From positions 1-55,776 of the forward strand of contig JAFSHU010000071.1 in the NCBI GenBank assembly GCA_017440145.1: DNA of 55,776 nt, in the 5' to 3' direction. Made by a program: the position numbers and the translations under genes. Every line of letters begins with the position of its first letter. The stretch's first letter is position 1. Below, in pieces: positions 1-9,306 of this stretch. The notes under the pieces are model-generated. The model saw only the letters and a program-made list of their open reading frames with translations. It did no database searches and was not told the DNA's origin. Source of the stretch: Bacillota bacterium. GTDB lineage: Bacteria > Bacillota > Dehalobacteriia > UBA4068.

Positions 1-10
1 GAATTATAAA

Positions 11-340
11 GTGATCACGGATGCAGAAGGATTTCGCTATCAGTTTTTCTGCGATCTCTCCGGCGCCCACCTCTGTACGACAAGCCCCATTCAGGCTGAT
101 ACACCGGAGCAAGCCCTGAAGCTCGCCTGGGAAACAGAAGGAAAACGGGTCTTCAATCACTGTGAAAGCTGTGGAAAATGGATTTCAGATGCCATGTTCA
201 ATGCGGATGTCCATGAATGCGTGGAATGCTCTCCCTGGGAAACCCAACCCAGATACTGCCCGAAATGCGGAAAAAAGCTGGCAGAGATCAAAAAATTTTG
301 CCCCAGATGCGGCACTCAGCTCCAATACGAAGGGAGATGA
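11..340 (+). CDS. double zinc-ribbon protein (possibly 5'-truncated by window edge)
   Basis: 109-aa ORF with a GTG start at 11, but the frame stays open back to base 2. Cys pairs CESCGKW..CVEC and CPKCGKKL..CPRCGTQL. The stop overlaps the next start (ATGA at 337-340). Confidence 0.55.
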   Translation: MITDAEGFRYQFFCDLSGAHLCTTSPIQADTPEQALKLAWETEGKRVFNHCESCGKWISDAMFNADVHECVECSPWETQPRYCPKCGKKLAEIKKFCPRCGTQLQYEGR

Positions 341-684
341 TGAATATGCCTGCCCGAATGGCAGAGAATCGGACTCTGCGCATGGCCACACTGAAAAAAT
401 TCGGCTTTGGCCCGGAAATTATGAAGGAATCAAAGGTCTGCAGCTCCTGCGGCTGCACCTGCACTGCGGAGGATAGCTTCTGCAAAAATTGCGGCGCCGA
501 GCTCCCCCGGGAAACACTGTATGATTTTTATAAGTGCCGCCATCTTTACTGCTCTTCCTGCGATACGGTGGTGCGAAAAACCGCCACTTTCTGCCCGGAA
601 TGCGGGAAACGACTGCAGCCGGGACGCTTTCGCCGGCTGCAGCTGTTCCGTTCCCTGCGGGATACAATGCGAGGTGCGATATGA
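337..684 (+). CDS. double zinc-ribbon protein
   Basis: In-frame ATG at 337 preceded by AAGGGAG. Motifs CSSCGC..CKNCGAEL and CSSCDT..CPECGKRL. The stop overlaps the next start (ATGA at 681-684). Confidence 0.6.
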   Translation: MMNMPARMAENRTLRMATLKKFGFGPEIMKESKVCSSCGCTCTAEDSFCKNCGAELPRETLYDFYKCRHLYCSSCDTVVRKTATFCPECGKRLQPGRFRRLQLFRSLRDTMRGAI

Positions 685-2111
685 AAAAATCAATGAAAAT
701 AACATGGCTTCTGCTGATTGCTGCTGCCTGCTGCATCATAAGCGGCTGCGGCATCCAGCCCGAAAATGAACCTGCCCTTCCCCCGGGCCGCCAGGAGCAG
801 CCAATCCCGGAAGGGAAAATACCAGAAGAAGAAACAGAGGCCGATACGGAAGCCGCCGCTGACACTGAAGCAAAGCCCTCCGATTATGCAGACAGCTACT
901 GGAAAGCAGTGAAATATGCCCGCTATGTCTACAATGGGGAGAAATATGAAGGAAGCACCTGGAAGGATCTGCCGATCGCAGAGGCAGCGAATCAGAGAGC
1001 ATGGCAGTTGGATCTTTTTCTCTTCTCTGACGGCAGCGCCCGGCTGCGGGATCTGTCCGGCAGCTTCTACAGCGGCATGTCAGTCGAAGGACAGTGGCAA
1101 AGCGACGAAAACGGCCTGCTACGATTCACTTCCGGGCATTGGCCAAACACAAATGAAGAAATCGAAGCCCAGCAGCTTCCGTCTTTAAGCCCTGTGGATG
1201 GAGAATACCCGGAAGAAGCAGGGCTGGAAGGTATGCTGGCCATGGAATACTACGATGGGAAGATTTATTTCCAGCGTGCTGCCATGCCGGAAATGGATTT
1301 TCAGCTGTGCATGGCCGATCTGCAGGGAGACTGGACGATGGTCTCCAGCGAGGTGGAAGGCTATGTCACAGACGGACGGGAGGAGGGCATCCTTTCTTCC
1401 CTTTCATTTGTGGAGGGAGCCTATGGAATGGAGGCTGTTTACGCCAATCACTCCATTTATTCCGGCATCAATACCGAATTCCGCGCATCTCTGCACCTGA
1501 AGGAGGAAGCTCTCTATCCCGGCTGCGGCAACGAGAACTGGTCGGTAAAGCTTGCGCCGCAAGTTTATGAAGCGGAGGAAGGCGTGAGCTATTACCTTAC
1601 GCTGACGGATGAAAACACCTTGCTTTTCCAGCAATTTTTCACCTTTGACGGCATGCAGGGTGTCAGCTATCAAACCTATAAACGGAGCCGTGAAGCGGCG
1701 GATGCGCTGGAAATCAAAAAGAAGCTGGATGCACAGCGCAGCCAGGCTCCTGCAAACACCCTGCTGTGCGTAGGTGCGGATCAATTTCGCCCGGATACGC
1801 CGGGTGTGGAAAGATACATGCGTGTGCTGCCGCTGGCCGGGCAAAATTCCACCAATACGCTGGCAGTGATCAGCCCGGAATATGCCGGCCTGCGGGTATT
1901 CCAAAACGGCGAGCTCATCCACGAAACAGAGCTGGGGTACGGCGAGACAGAGCTGCTTCTGCTGGATATCCCCGCCACCCCCGGCAGCTGCTATTTTGAA
2001 ATCTCGCCGGATTCCGTGACCTGGTACACCTGGGATATTTCAAAAGAGAACGTCAGCAGCCCGGGCTGGATCAATGTCCTGGGCCCGGAAGAAACAAAGC
2101 CTGCGTTTTGA
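681..2111 (+). CDS. lipoprotein, unknown function
   Basis: Internal ATG at 681 preceded by GAGGTG. Signal peptide plus lipobox: MKKSMKITWLLLIAAACCIISGC. Acidic linker followed by about 400 aa with no motif I recognise. Confidence 0.75.
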   Translation: MKKSMKITWLLLIAAACCIISGCGIQPENEPALPPGRQEQPIPEGKIPEEETEADTEAAADTEAKPSDYADSYWKAVKYARYVYNGEKYEGSTWKDLPIAEAANQRAWQLDLFLFSDGSARLRDLSGSFYSGMSVEGQWQSDENGLLRFTSGHWPNTNEEIEAQQLPSLSPVDGEYPEEAGLEGMLAMEYYDGKIYFQRAAMPEMDFQLCMADLQGDWTMVSSEVEGYVTDGREEGILSSLSFVEGAYGMEAVYANHSIYSGINTEFRASLHLKEEALYPGCGNENWSVKLAPQVYEAEEGVSYYLTLTDENTLLFQQFFTFDGMQGVSYQTYKRSREAADALEIKKKLDAQRSQAPANTLLCVGADQFRPDTPGVERYMRVLPLAGQNSTNTLAVISPEYAGLRVFQNGELIHETELGYGETELLLLDIPATPGSCYFEISPDSVTWYTWDISKENVSSPGWINVLGPEETKPAF

Positions 2112-2303
2112 TCCCGGCAAAACTTTTTAACATACACTCGCCCGGAACAAAGGCAGGGAATTCCGAAAGCTTAACCGGTACGATGGCCAGAACTGATTTG
2201 GCCGCTGCTTTATAAAATAAGAATCTGCAGAACATGGAGCAGCAAAAAGTCTCCGGCTGGAGCTGCTGCCCCGGGTTCAGCAAACAGAAAAGGAGGAGGC
2301 TCG

Positions 2304-2876
2304 ATGAAGCGAATGCTGCGGTTCAGCTTTTCTCTGCTGTTGTCTGCGAGCCTGATGCTGGCAGGCTGCGGCAAAGCAGCACCACTGCCGGAATACGAAG
2401 AGGATGGCGGTGTAAAAGACAGCTCCAATTACGATGCCCCGAAAACAATCAGCTCCACGGAGATTACAGCCTTTCACTGTGATTTCTCCGCAATAGATAT
2501 AACCGAAGAGGACAGCCCTCTCAGCGGCTATGTCTATCAGCTGAATGCAAAGCTGGAAAACGGCAGTGTAAAAGGCAGCTATCATTTTCATGACTACTAT
2601 GATGCGCAGGAGGACAAGGCCTTTGAGGCAGATGCCTCTTTTATGGCCGCCCTGCAAAGGCTGGTGACAGAATACGATCTGGCTCAGCACAACGGGCACA
2701 GCGTCAGCGTGGCCGGGCTGCCGGACAGCTTCGGTGCAAACCTGCAGATCAGCTATGCTTCCGGAGAATCCATTTGCGCCGATGACAATCAGGACTGTTT
2801 TCTTTCTCTTCCTGCCATGGAAGCGCTGGAGGCATTGTTCCGGGCGCAGATGGAATCCGCAGCAAAGCTGCCCTAG
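2304..2876 (+). CDS. lipoprotein, unknown function
   Basis: AGGAGG sits upstream of the ATG. N-terminus MKRMLRFSFSLLLSASLMLAGCG contains a lipobox. Confidence 0.75.
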   Translation: MKRMLRFSFSLLLSASLMLAGCGKAAPLPEYEEDGGVKDSSNYDAPKTISSTEITAFHCDFSAIDITEEDSPLSGYVYQLNAKLENGSVKGSYHFHDYYDAQEDKAFEADASFMAALQRLVTEYDLAQHNGHSVSVAGLPDSFGANLQISYASGESICADDNQDCFLSLPAMEALEALFRAQMESAAKLP

Positions 2877-3234
2877 CTCCCAGCCAGCCCCTGATATATT
2901 CCCCACTTAGGAAATGAAAGCAGAGATCACTCCATCCGGGAAAGAGAATTCGGCCTGATGGACCCCGGGCTTCGTCTGAGCCGGACTCTACAGGCAAAGC
3001 CGGCCGACCCCAAGGATGAAAATATACGCGGTGATACCATAAAGGAAGGTTGCTGCAGCCCTACCGAGCAGACAAGGCGGCCTACCTGGATTTTATGGAT
3101 GAAAAGAGCCGCATCTGCCGCTTTGCCATCGATGAATTCAGCGGGAATCTGAATCCGGGTGGTCTTGGGGCAGAGGAAGAAGTGTTGAAAGTGTTGGAAG
3201 CGTTTTACGAAAAATAAAAAAACAAAATGGAGGA

Positions 3235-5670
3235 ATGATGATGAAACTCAATCGCAAAGCCTATAAGGCACTGCCTGTATTCCTTTGCTGCGTTATGCTG
3301 CTGGGGATGCTGCTGGCCGGAGGATATGGAGAAGCTGCAGCCGCAGCGCGCAGTGCAGATATTAAAACCGTACTGGTGAAGGATATCAGCACGCCCCTTC
3401 CGGGGAATGTGCCGGATTACCAGTTTTCCTGCGGGGATAAAAGCTACAGCCTGAGCAATTATTTTGATGCAGATGATGTCTACTGCAAAAATGGTGTGCA
3501 GTGGGTGGATATCACCAGCGGAGAAGTAATGAAATACACGGATACTTTTGAAGCAGGTCACAGCTACCGGGTCATCATCAACCTGGCGGCCAAATCCGGG
3601 AATGAATTCTATTATGATGGCAGCAGCGTTCCCCCGGTAAAGGCAAGCGTGCAAACGGATCTGAATACCTATACCGCCAAAGTCGCCAAAGCCTATGAGC
3701 GCGACCCCTTCCAGGAAATCAATGTAATCTATGACGCGGGTGTCTGCGAATACCAAAAAGTATCCGCTGTGGGCATCATCGATGTGGCTGCACCGGTACA
3801 GGGCAAAGCCCCCGACTATTCTGCGGACAAAGTGGGAGAAGGCTTTGCATTCAAAAGCTCCTCTGAGAGCAACCCCTTTGTTGTGAACGGTCTGAACTGG
3901 TACGATGAAACCGGCAACTACGATTTAACCAAAAACGGAAAATTCGAAGCAGGCCACAGCTACACGCTGCGGGCATATCTGATCCCCGAAGCCGGCTATC
4001 AGTTTGCTTCCATCGTTAGCGGCACTGTGAATGGCAGCAGCGCCCGTGTCAGCGGAAACGCCTCTGCTGTCACCCTGGAATACAGCTACCCTGCCCTTTC
4101 CTTCCAGCAGGTGGATGCCATCACCATCGAAGGCCTTTCCGCCCCGGCCCTGGGTCAATCCCCCAGCTATGTGGCCATCCTGAGAGGACAGGGCTACGAA
4201 CTGAAGGATCGCAATGATGCTTACTACAAAAACGGAATCTGCTGGTCTTATATGGAAGGCAGTGACCTGCCGGTCAGCGGCGGAACGAAATTTGAGGGCG
4301 GGAAAAAATATCAGGTCATGTTCAGCCTCGTCGCCCAGGAAGGCTATGAGTTCCCCACCAATGCTTCCGGCGGCCTCACACTGAAAGCCACTGTCAATGG
4401 CAAGGCAGCCGAAATTATGGGCAACAAGAAGGAAGTCATCGTAACTTATTATTTCACGGAAAGCACTGCAAATGCAGGGATTTCTTCCGTTGCTGTGAGC
4501 GGAATCGATGCCCCGGTGATCGGTGCAGCCCCGGATTACAGTGCAGAGATCAATGATACCCGCTACGCCCTGCTGAAGAACAGCAGCGCCCGGGAAAAGA
4601 ACGGCATCACCTGGATCAACAACAAAACCGGCAACGCCATGTCTGTGGATTCCGCTAAATTCGAAGCCGGTATCTCCTACTCTGTCGTAGTTTCTCTGGC
4701 TGCAGCAAACGGCTATGCCTTCCCCACGGATGCCTCCGGCAGCCCCAAGGTGACGGGGAGCATCAACGGCAGCGCCGCAGAAGTTTCCGGCCAGAATGAC
4801 GCTGTCGTTTACCTGAAATACACCTTTGCCGCACTGCAGGCAAATACCATCCCCTCTGTATCCATTACGGGCTTTGATACCTCTGCAGCGGATCCCACCA
4901 AGACGGATAAATCCAAGCTGAGCGTTTCGGATGCAAACGTAGAAATTCAGAGCCTGACCTGGCTGAGCAGCAACACCACCAATGGCAAAAGCTACAGCGC
5001 AACACTGAGCCTGAAAACCAAAAACGGCTATAAATTCGCTGCAAACGCCACTGCCAAGGTAAACAATTCCGCTGCCGAGATCATCTCCCTGAAGGATACG
5101 GAGATGATCGTGAAATGGACTTTTGCCAAGAACACGATGACAGTTCCCAGCATCAGCTTCAGCGATGTAGCCACCGGTGCATATTACTATATCCCCGTTC
5201 AGTGGGCAGTCAGCGGCGGCATCACCAACGGCATGACAGCCACCACCTTCGGCCCGGATATTACCTGCAGCCAGGCACACATCCTGACCTTCCTCTGGCG
5301 CGCGGTGGGCAAGCCTGCACCGACTATCGCGAACCCCTACAGCAATGCTGCCGTCACTGCAGGCCAGTATTACTATGACGCTTTCCTCTGGGCCTGGGAA
5401 AAAGGCTTGATCGGCAACACCGCCCACGATCCCAATGCCCCCTGCAGCCGCAGCGACGTGGTGACCTACCTCTGGAAGCTGGAAGGCAAACCCCAGACCG
5501 GCAGCGCCGCCTTTACGGATGTCCCCGCATCCGCCGACTATGCACAGGCTGTGGCCTGGGCGGTGGACAGCAACATTACCAACGGCATGAGCGCCACCAC
5601 CTTCGGTCCGGATGTGATCTGCACCCGTGGACATATCGTCACCTTCCTCTGGCGCTATATGAATAACTAG
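3235..5670 (+). CDS. cell-surface protein with five tandem ~100-125 aa repeats and three C-terminal SLH-like repeats
   Basis: 811-aa ORF with a signal peptide. Recurring NG(I/V)xW...KFEAGHSY...GY(E/Q/A)F modules. C-terminus has FSDV..WAV..GITNG..TTFGP three times. GGAGG at 3229-3233 favours the ATG at 3238 or 3241 as the true start. Confidence 0.85.
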   Translation: MMMKLNRKAYKALPVFLCCVMLLGMLLAGGYGEAAAAARSADIKTVLVKDISTPLPGNVPDYQFSCGDKSYSLSNYFDADDVYCKNGVQWVDITSGEVMKYTDTFEAGHSYRVIINLAAKSGNEFYYDGSSVPPVKASVQTDLNTYTAKVAKAYERDPFQEINVIYDAGVCEYQKVSAVGIIDVAAPVQGKAPDYSADKVGEGFAFKSSSESNPFVVNGLNWYDETGNYDLTKNGKFEAGHSYTLRAYLIPEAGYQFASIVSGTVNGSSARVSGNASAVTLEYSYPALSFQQVDAITIEGLSAPALGQSPSYVAILRGQGYELKDRNDAYYKNGICWSYMEGSDLPVSGGTKFEGGKKYQVMFSLVAQEGYEFPTNASGGLTLKATVNGKAAEIMGNKKEVIVTYYFTESTANAGISSVAVSGIDAPVIGAAPDYSAEINDTRYALLKNSSAREKNGITWINNKTGNAMSVDSAKFEAGISYSVVVSLAAANGYAFPTDASGSPKVTGSINGSAAEVSGQNDAVVYLKYTFAALQANTIPSVSITGFDTSAADPTKTDKSKLSVSDANVEIQSLTWLSSNTTNGKSYSATLSLKTKNGYKFAANATAKVNNSAAEIISLKDTEMIVKWTFAKNTMTVPSISFSDVATGAYYYIPVQWAVSGGITNGMTATTFGPDITCSQAHILTFLWRAVGKPAPTIANPYSNAAVTAGQYYYDAFLWAWEKGLIGNTAHDPNAPCSRSDVVTYLWKLEGKPQTGSAAFTDVPASADYAQAVAWAVDSNITNGMSATTFGPDVICTRGHIVTFLWRYMNN
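3352..5139 (+). repeat. five divergent tandem protein-coding repeat modules inside the surface protein
   Basis: The repeat motif recurs at roughly aa 40-180, 183-290, 291-410, 411-535 and 536-635. Boundaries are approximate and set by eye. Confidence 0.6.
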
Positions 5671-5750
5671 GATGGCAGTAGATTTTCGGCTGCGTCTGCC
5701 GAAAAGTATCTTCCCCGGGAACTGAACCGAAAATAAAACATGATGCAGAC

Positions 5751-5785
5751 AAAAAGCCCCTGTTTCCATGGAAACAGGGGCTTTT
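5751..5785. terminator. bidirectional Rho-independent terminator
   Basis: AAAAA-GCCCCTGTTTC-CATG-GAAACAGGGGC-TTTT lies between the convergent surface-protein gene and ispG. Confidence 0.85.
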
Positions 5786-5819
5786 GCTTTCGTTTGTTCT
5801 TCCGGGAATGGAAACCGGG

Positions 5820-6896
5820 CTATTCCTCCTCTGCCAGCGCCCGCGCCAGGCGCAGGAATTCCGGCAGCAGCTCTGCCTCCGGGAAAAAGCCGATCTTCTG
5901 CCCATAACGGAAAATCAAGCCCCCATCTGCGCCACCGGCCAGGCCCAGATCTGCGTCAGAGGCTTCCCCGGGGCCGTTCACCGCGCAGCCCATAACCGCC
6001 ACCTTGCGCCGACGCTTGGGCGTGATGACAGAAAGTTCCTTCTCCACCCTCTGCGCCAGGCCGATCAGATCAATACAGGTGCGGCCGCAGGTGGGGCAGG
6101 AAACGAATTCCCAGCCGCTCTGCTCCAGACCCAGCATCTGCAGGATCTCCTTCGCCACCCGCACCTCCTCCACCGGGTCTGCAGTCAGGGAGACGCGCAG
6201 GGTATCGCCGATGCCCTCGCTGAGCAGCGCGCCGATGCCGATGGCATTTTTCAGGCTGCCCCGCTCCAGCGTACCAGCTTCTGTAACACCGATATGCAGC
6301 GGATAATCGCTGAGCTCGGACATGCGGCGGTAAGCCGCCAGCATCACCGGCAGCTCTGTACATTTCAAAGAAATCTTAATAGCCGAAAAGCCAAAGCTTT
6401 CCAGCAGTGCTGCCTGTTCCAAGGCGGATTCGCAGAGTCCCTCCGCAGTGATGCCGCCATACCGAGCCAGGATCCGCTTATCCAGCGAACCGCCGTTCAC
6501 ACCGATGCGAATGGGGATGCCTGCGGCCTTGGCGGCCTCTGCCACCTGCCGCACCCGATCCGCGCCGCCGATATTGCCCGGGTTGATCCGCAGGGCAGAG
6601 ACGCCGGCCTTTACCGCAGCCAGAGCCAGACGATAATCAAAATGAATATCCGCCACTAGGGGCATGGGGCTTTTCTTTACGATCTCTGCCAGAGCCTGCG
6701 CTGCCTCCTGATCCGGCACTGCCAAACGACCAATCTGACAGCCAGCCGCATAAAGCTGCTGCAGCTGCTCCAGAGAAGCCGCCACATCCTGCGTTCTGGT
6801 ATTGTTCATGGATTGAATGGCGATGGGCGCCTTGCCGCCGATCCGCAGGGAACCGATATTTACAGTTCGTGTTTGTTTCCGTGGATAAAGTTCCAT
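5820..6896 (-). CDS. ispG: 4-hydroxy-3-methylbut-2-en-1-yl diphosphate synthase (flavodoxin)
   Basis: MELYPRKQTRTVNIGSLRIGGKAPIAIQSMNNT...ADIHFDYRLA...RINPGNIG...CPTCGRT. Start set at the internal ATG at 6896; the ORF-track extension to 7031 looks non-coding. Confidence 0.95.
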   Translation of the reverse strand: MELYPRKQTRTVNIGSLRIGGKAPIAIQSMNNTRTQDVAASLEQLQQLYAAGCQIGRLAVPDQEAAQALAEIVKKSPMPLVADIHFDYRLALAAVKAGVSALRINPGNIGGADRVRQVAEAAKAAGIPIRIGVNGGSLDKRILARYGGITAEGLCESALEQAALLESFGFSAIKISLKCTELPVMLAAYRRMSELSDYPLHIGVTEAGTLERGSLKNAIGIGALLSEGIGDTLRVSLTADPVEEVRVAKEILQMLGLEQSGWEFVSCPTCGRTCIDLIGLAQRVEKELSVITPKRRRKVAVMGCAVNGPGEASDADLGLAGGADGGLIFRYGQKIGFFPEAELLPEFLRLARALAEEE

Positions 6897-7008
6897 TTTA
6901 TTCTCCTGATATGCCTCATGCGGCAAAGGCCTGGGCACACCCGGCTTTACCGCATGAAAAAGTCTTATCTGCTTGCCCATCGCAAAAGGGCAGGCTCGTA
7001 TAAAAGGC

Positions 7009-8058
7009 TTAGCCCGTAACCAGGCGGACAATATCCTGATAGGTGACGAGCAGCATCAGCCCCATTAACAGGATCAGACCGATGAAATGCACCATGCCCT
7101 CTTTGTCCCGGTTGATGGGTTTGCCGCGCAGGCCTTCAATGGCCAGGAAAACGATGCGGCTGCCATCCAAAGCCGGCAGAGGCAGCAGATTCATAAAGCC
7201 CAGATTCAGGCAAAGGAAGGCCATCAGCGCCAGCACCGTGCGAAGGCTGTCATTGGCAGCCTGATTGATGACCGTAACAATGCCCACTGGGCCGGTAACC
7301 TCCACCGGAACCGTTCCGGCAATCATCTCGATGATGGAACTGACCAGCATCCGCAGCATATAGACAGATTGCGCCACACCCAGGCGAATGGACTGGAAAA
7401 AGCCTGCTCTCTGCAGGGCCGGCTCCTCCAGGGAGGAATAGACCCCCATGAGCCAGCGGGCGCTTTCTGAATCATACTCCGGCACCAGGACGACATGCAT
7501 GGTATCCTCGCCCCGCAGCAGCTGCAGGTTCAAAGCAGCGCCTTCCTCCCCTGCATTGACCACGGTACCGATATCTTCCCAAATTTCAATTTCCTGCCCA
7601 TTGATGGAAAGAATGCGGTCCCCCGCCTCCAGACCGGCCACCGCAGCAGGGGAACCCGGCGCCACATCCCCGATCAGATTGGAGGGAACCGCCATCCCCA
7701 GAATCATATAGATCACGACATAAATCAGGATAGCAGAGAGAAAATTCATGATGGGACCGGCTGCCACGATGCAGATCCGCTGCCAGACCGGGCGGCAGCA
7801 AAACGCCCGTTCATCATTGCTGTCCTCATCCTCTCCCCGCATCTTGCAATACCCGCCGATGGGGAAAAGCCGCAGGCAGTACTCCGTCTCTTTTCCCCGC
7901 CAATGCAGCAGGCGCGGCCCCATGCCGATGCTGAAATCATCCACATATACATGGCAGGCCTTTGCCACGATAAAATGACCGAATTCATGGGTCAAAACCA
8001 GAAAGCAAAAAATCAATATGGCTGTGATCGTCGTAGTGATCGTCGCAATGATATCCAA
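7009..8058 (-). CDS. rseP: RIP metalloprotease (site-2 protease) RseP
   Basis: HEFGHF zinc motif in TM1, a central PDZ-like segment, and NLLPLPALDG near the C-terminus. Confidence 0.9.
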   Translation of the reverse strand: MDIIATITTTITAILIFCFLVLTHEFGHFIVAKACHVYVDDFSIGMGPRLLHWRGKETEYCLRLFPIGGYCKMRGEDEDSNDERAFCCRPVWQRICIVAAGPIMNFLSAILIYVVIYMILGMAVPSNLIGDVAPGSPAAVAGLEAGDRILSINGQEIEIWEDIGTVVNAGEEGAALNLQLLRGEDTMHVVLVPEYDSESARWLMGVYSSLEEPALQRAGFFQSIRLGVAQSVYMLRMLVSSIIEMIAGTVPVEVTGPVGIVTVINQAANDSLRTVLALMAFLCLNLGFMNLLPLPALDGSRIVFLAIEGLRGKPINRDKEGMVHFIGLILLMGLMLLVTYQDIVRLVTG

Positions 8059-8147
8059 AGCATACCTCCGTTAAAGAATCAAATGCGCTCAGAAAAAGTT
8101 TTAATCCTATTCGAATCCAAAAGACCTGTTGCCCTTCAGCCGAAGGC

Positions 8148-9296
8148 CTATGCGGAAAGCAAACGGGCAGCATCTTCTCTGCCCTGCTGATCCGCCCGGT
8201 AGATCACAGCCTCCTGATCCGCAGGAACTTCCCGGTAAGCTGCCAGCAAATCGCCTAAAGCCTGACCCAGCGCAGGAAAGCGGATTTCTCCCCGGCGGAA
8301 GGCCAGATTCAGAATTTCATTGGCCCCATTCAGATAGGCGGGAGCCGTCCCGCCCCGTTTCCCGGCTTCGATCATGGCTGCCAGCCCGGGAAAACGAAGA
8401 AAATCCGGTATTTCAAAATGCAGTGCGGATAATGCAGCCAGATCCGGCGGTGATACCGACGTTTGCGGGCGATCCTGCCCCAGCAGCGCATATTGGATGG
8501 GCAAGCGCATATCTGCCTGAGCAAGCTGAGCTTTGATGCTGCCATCCTGAAAAGCCACCATGGAATGAACGATGCTTTCCCGGTGGATCAAAACCTGGAT
8601 CCGCTCATAATCCACGCCAAAGAGCCAGTGCGCCTCGATCACTTCCAAGCCCTTATTGACCATAGTCGCGCAATCAATGGTAATTTTCTCTCCCATCCGC
8701 CAGTTGGGGTGCTGCAGGGCCTGCGCTGCTGTTACGCTTTGCAATTCTTCCAAGGAAAGATCCCGGAAAGCGCCTCCGCTGGCGGTCAGGATCAGCTTCG
8801 CGATCTGCTCCGTCTTTTCTCCGGCCAGACACTGCCATAAAGCAGAATGCTCACTATCCACAGGGGAAATTTTTACGCCGGCCTGGGCTGCCCGCTCCAT
8901 AACCAGAGCGCCCCCGGCCACCAGCGCCTCTTTATTGGCCAGGGCAATGTTTTTCTTTGCAGCAATGGCCGCCAGCAAGGGCGGCAAACCAGCCATTCCG
9001 GAAATGGCAGCAAGGACTGTATCTGCGCCCGGCCAGCAGGCAGCCTGCTTCAGGCCATCTTCCCCAGCCTCCACCCGGATGGGCAAATCAGCCAGAGCCT
9101 CCCGCAGGGGGGCATAAGCCTGCAAATCAGCGATGGCTACCATTTCCGGCTGATATTCCCGGGCCAGCTTCGCCAAAGCCTGCCAATCCCGGCCGCCCGT
9201 CATTGCAAGTACCCGGAGCTGTGGCTGCCAGGCACAAACCTCCAGCGTTTGCCGGCCAATGGAGCCAGTGGCGCCTAAAAGAGATATTTCAAGCAT
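8148..9296 (-). CDS. dxr: 1-deoxy-D-xylulose 5-phosphate reductoisomerase
   Basis: N-terminal LGATGSIGRQTL NADPH motif and LANKEALV. 382 aa, and sits in the conserved position next to rseP and cdsA. Confidence 0.95.
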   Translation of the reverse strand: MLEISLLGATGSIGRQTLEVCAWQPQLRVLAMTGGRDWQALAKLAREYQPEMVAIADLQAYAPLREALADLPIRVEAGEDGLKQAACWPGADTVLAAISGMAGLPPLLAAIAAKKNIALANKEALVAGGALVMERAAQAGVKISPVDSEHSALWQCLAGEKTEQIAKLILTASGGAFRDLSLEELQSVTAAQALQHPNWRMGEKITIDCATMVNKGLEVIEAHWLFGVDYERIQVLIHRESIVHSMVAFQDGSIKAQLAQADMRLPIQYALLGQDRPQTSVSPPDLAALSALHFEIPDFLRFPGLAAMIEAGKRGGTAPAYLNGANEILNLAFRRGEIRFPALGQALGDLLAAYREVPADQEAVIYRADQQGREDAARLLSA

Positions 9297-9306
9297 AGCG
9301 ACCTCA

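Noticed and set aside
2985-3030. GGCAAAGCCGGCCGACC stretch, superficially reminiscent of a c-di-GMP-I (GEMM) riboswitch, upstream of the surface protein.
   Set aside because: Only one short conserved-looking segment is present. I could not build the two-hairpin GEMM architecture by eye. It needs an Rfam scan, and I make no claim.
2958-3152. 64-aa ORF-track entry in the same intergenic region.
   Set aside because: It has no RBS, an Arg/Pro-rich composition, and overlaps the alternative frame above.
3035-3217. Open frame ending ..MDEKSRICRFAIDEFSGNLNPGGLGAEEEVLKVLEAFYEK* just upstream of the surface-protein gene. It may be a 40-aa ORF or a gene remnant.
   Set aside because: There is no RBS before the ATG at 3095, it is short, and no motif is recognisable. 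I cannot distinguish a remnant from chance without a database search.
6897-7031. N-terminal extensions of ispG. The same issue applies to cdsA (to 11198), topA (to 25720), phzF (to 26557), ddl (to 28997), the GT4 gene (to 33619), the lipoprotein (to 36115), xseA (to 38570), apbE (from 38597), bioY (to 44527) and the Zn-ribbon protein (to 45801).
   Set aside because: Internal ATGs give N-termini matching the family consensus or signal peptides and have better RBS spacing. The extensions run into upstream genes or terminators.
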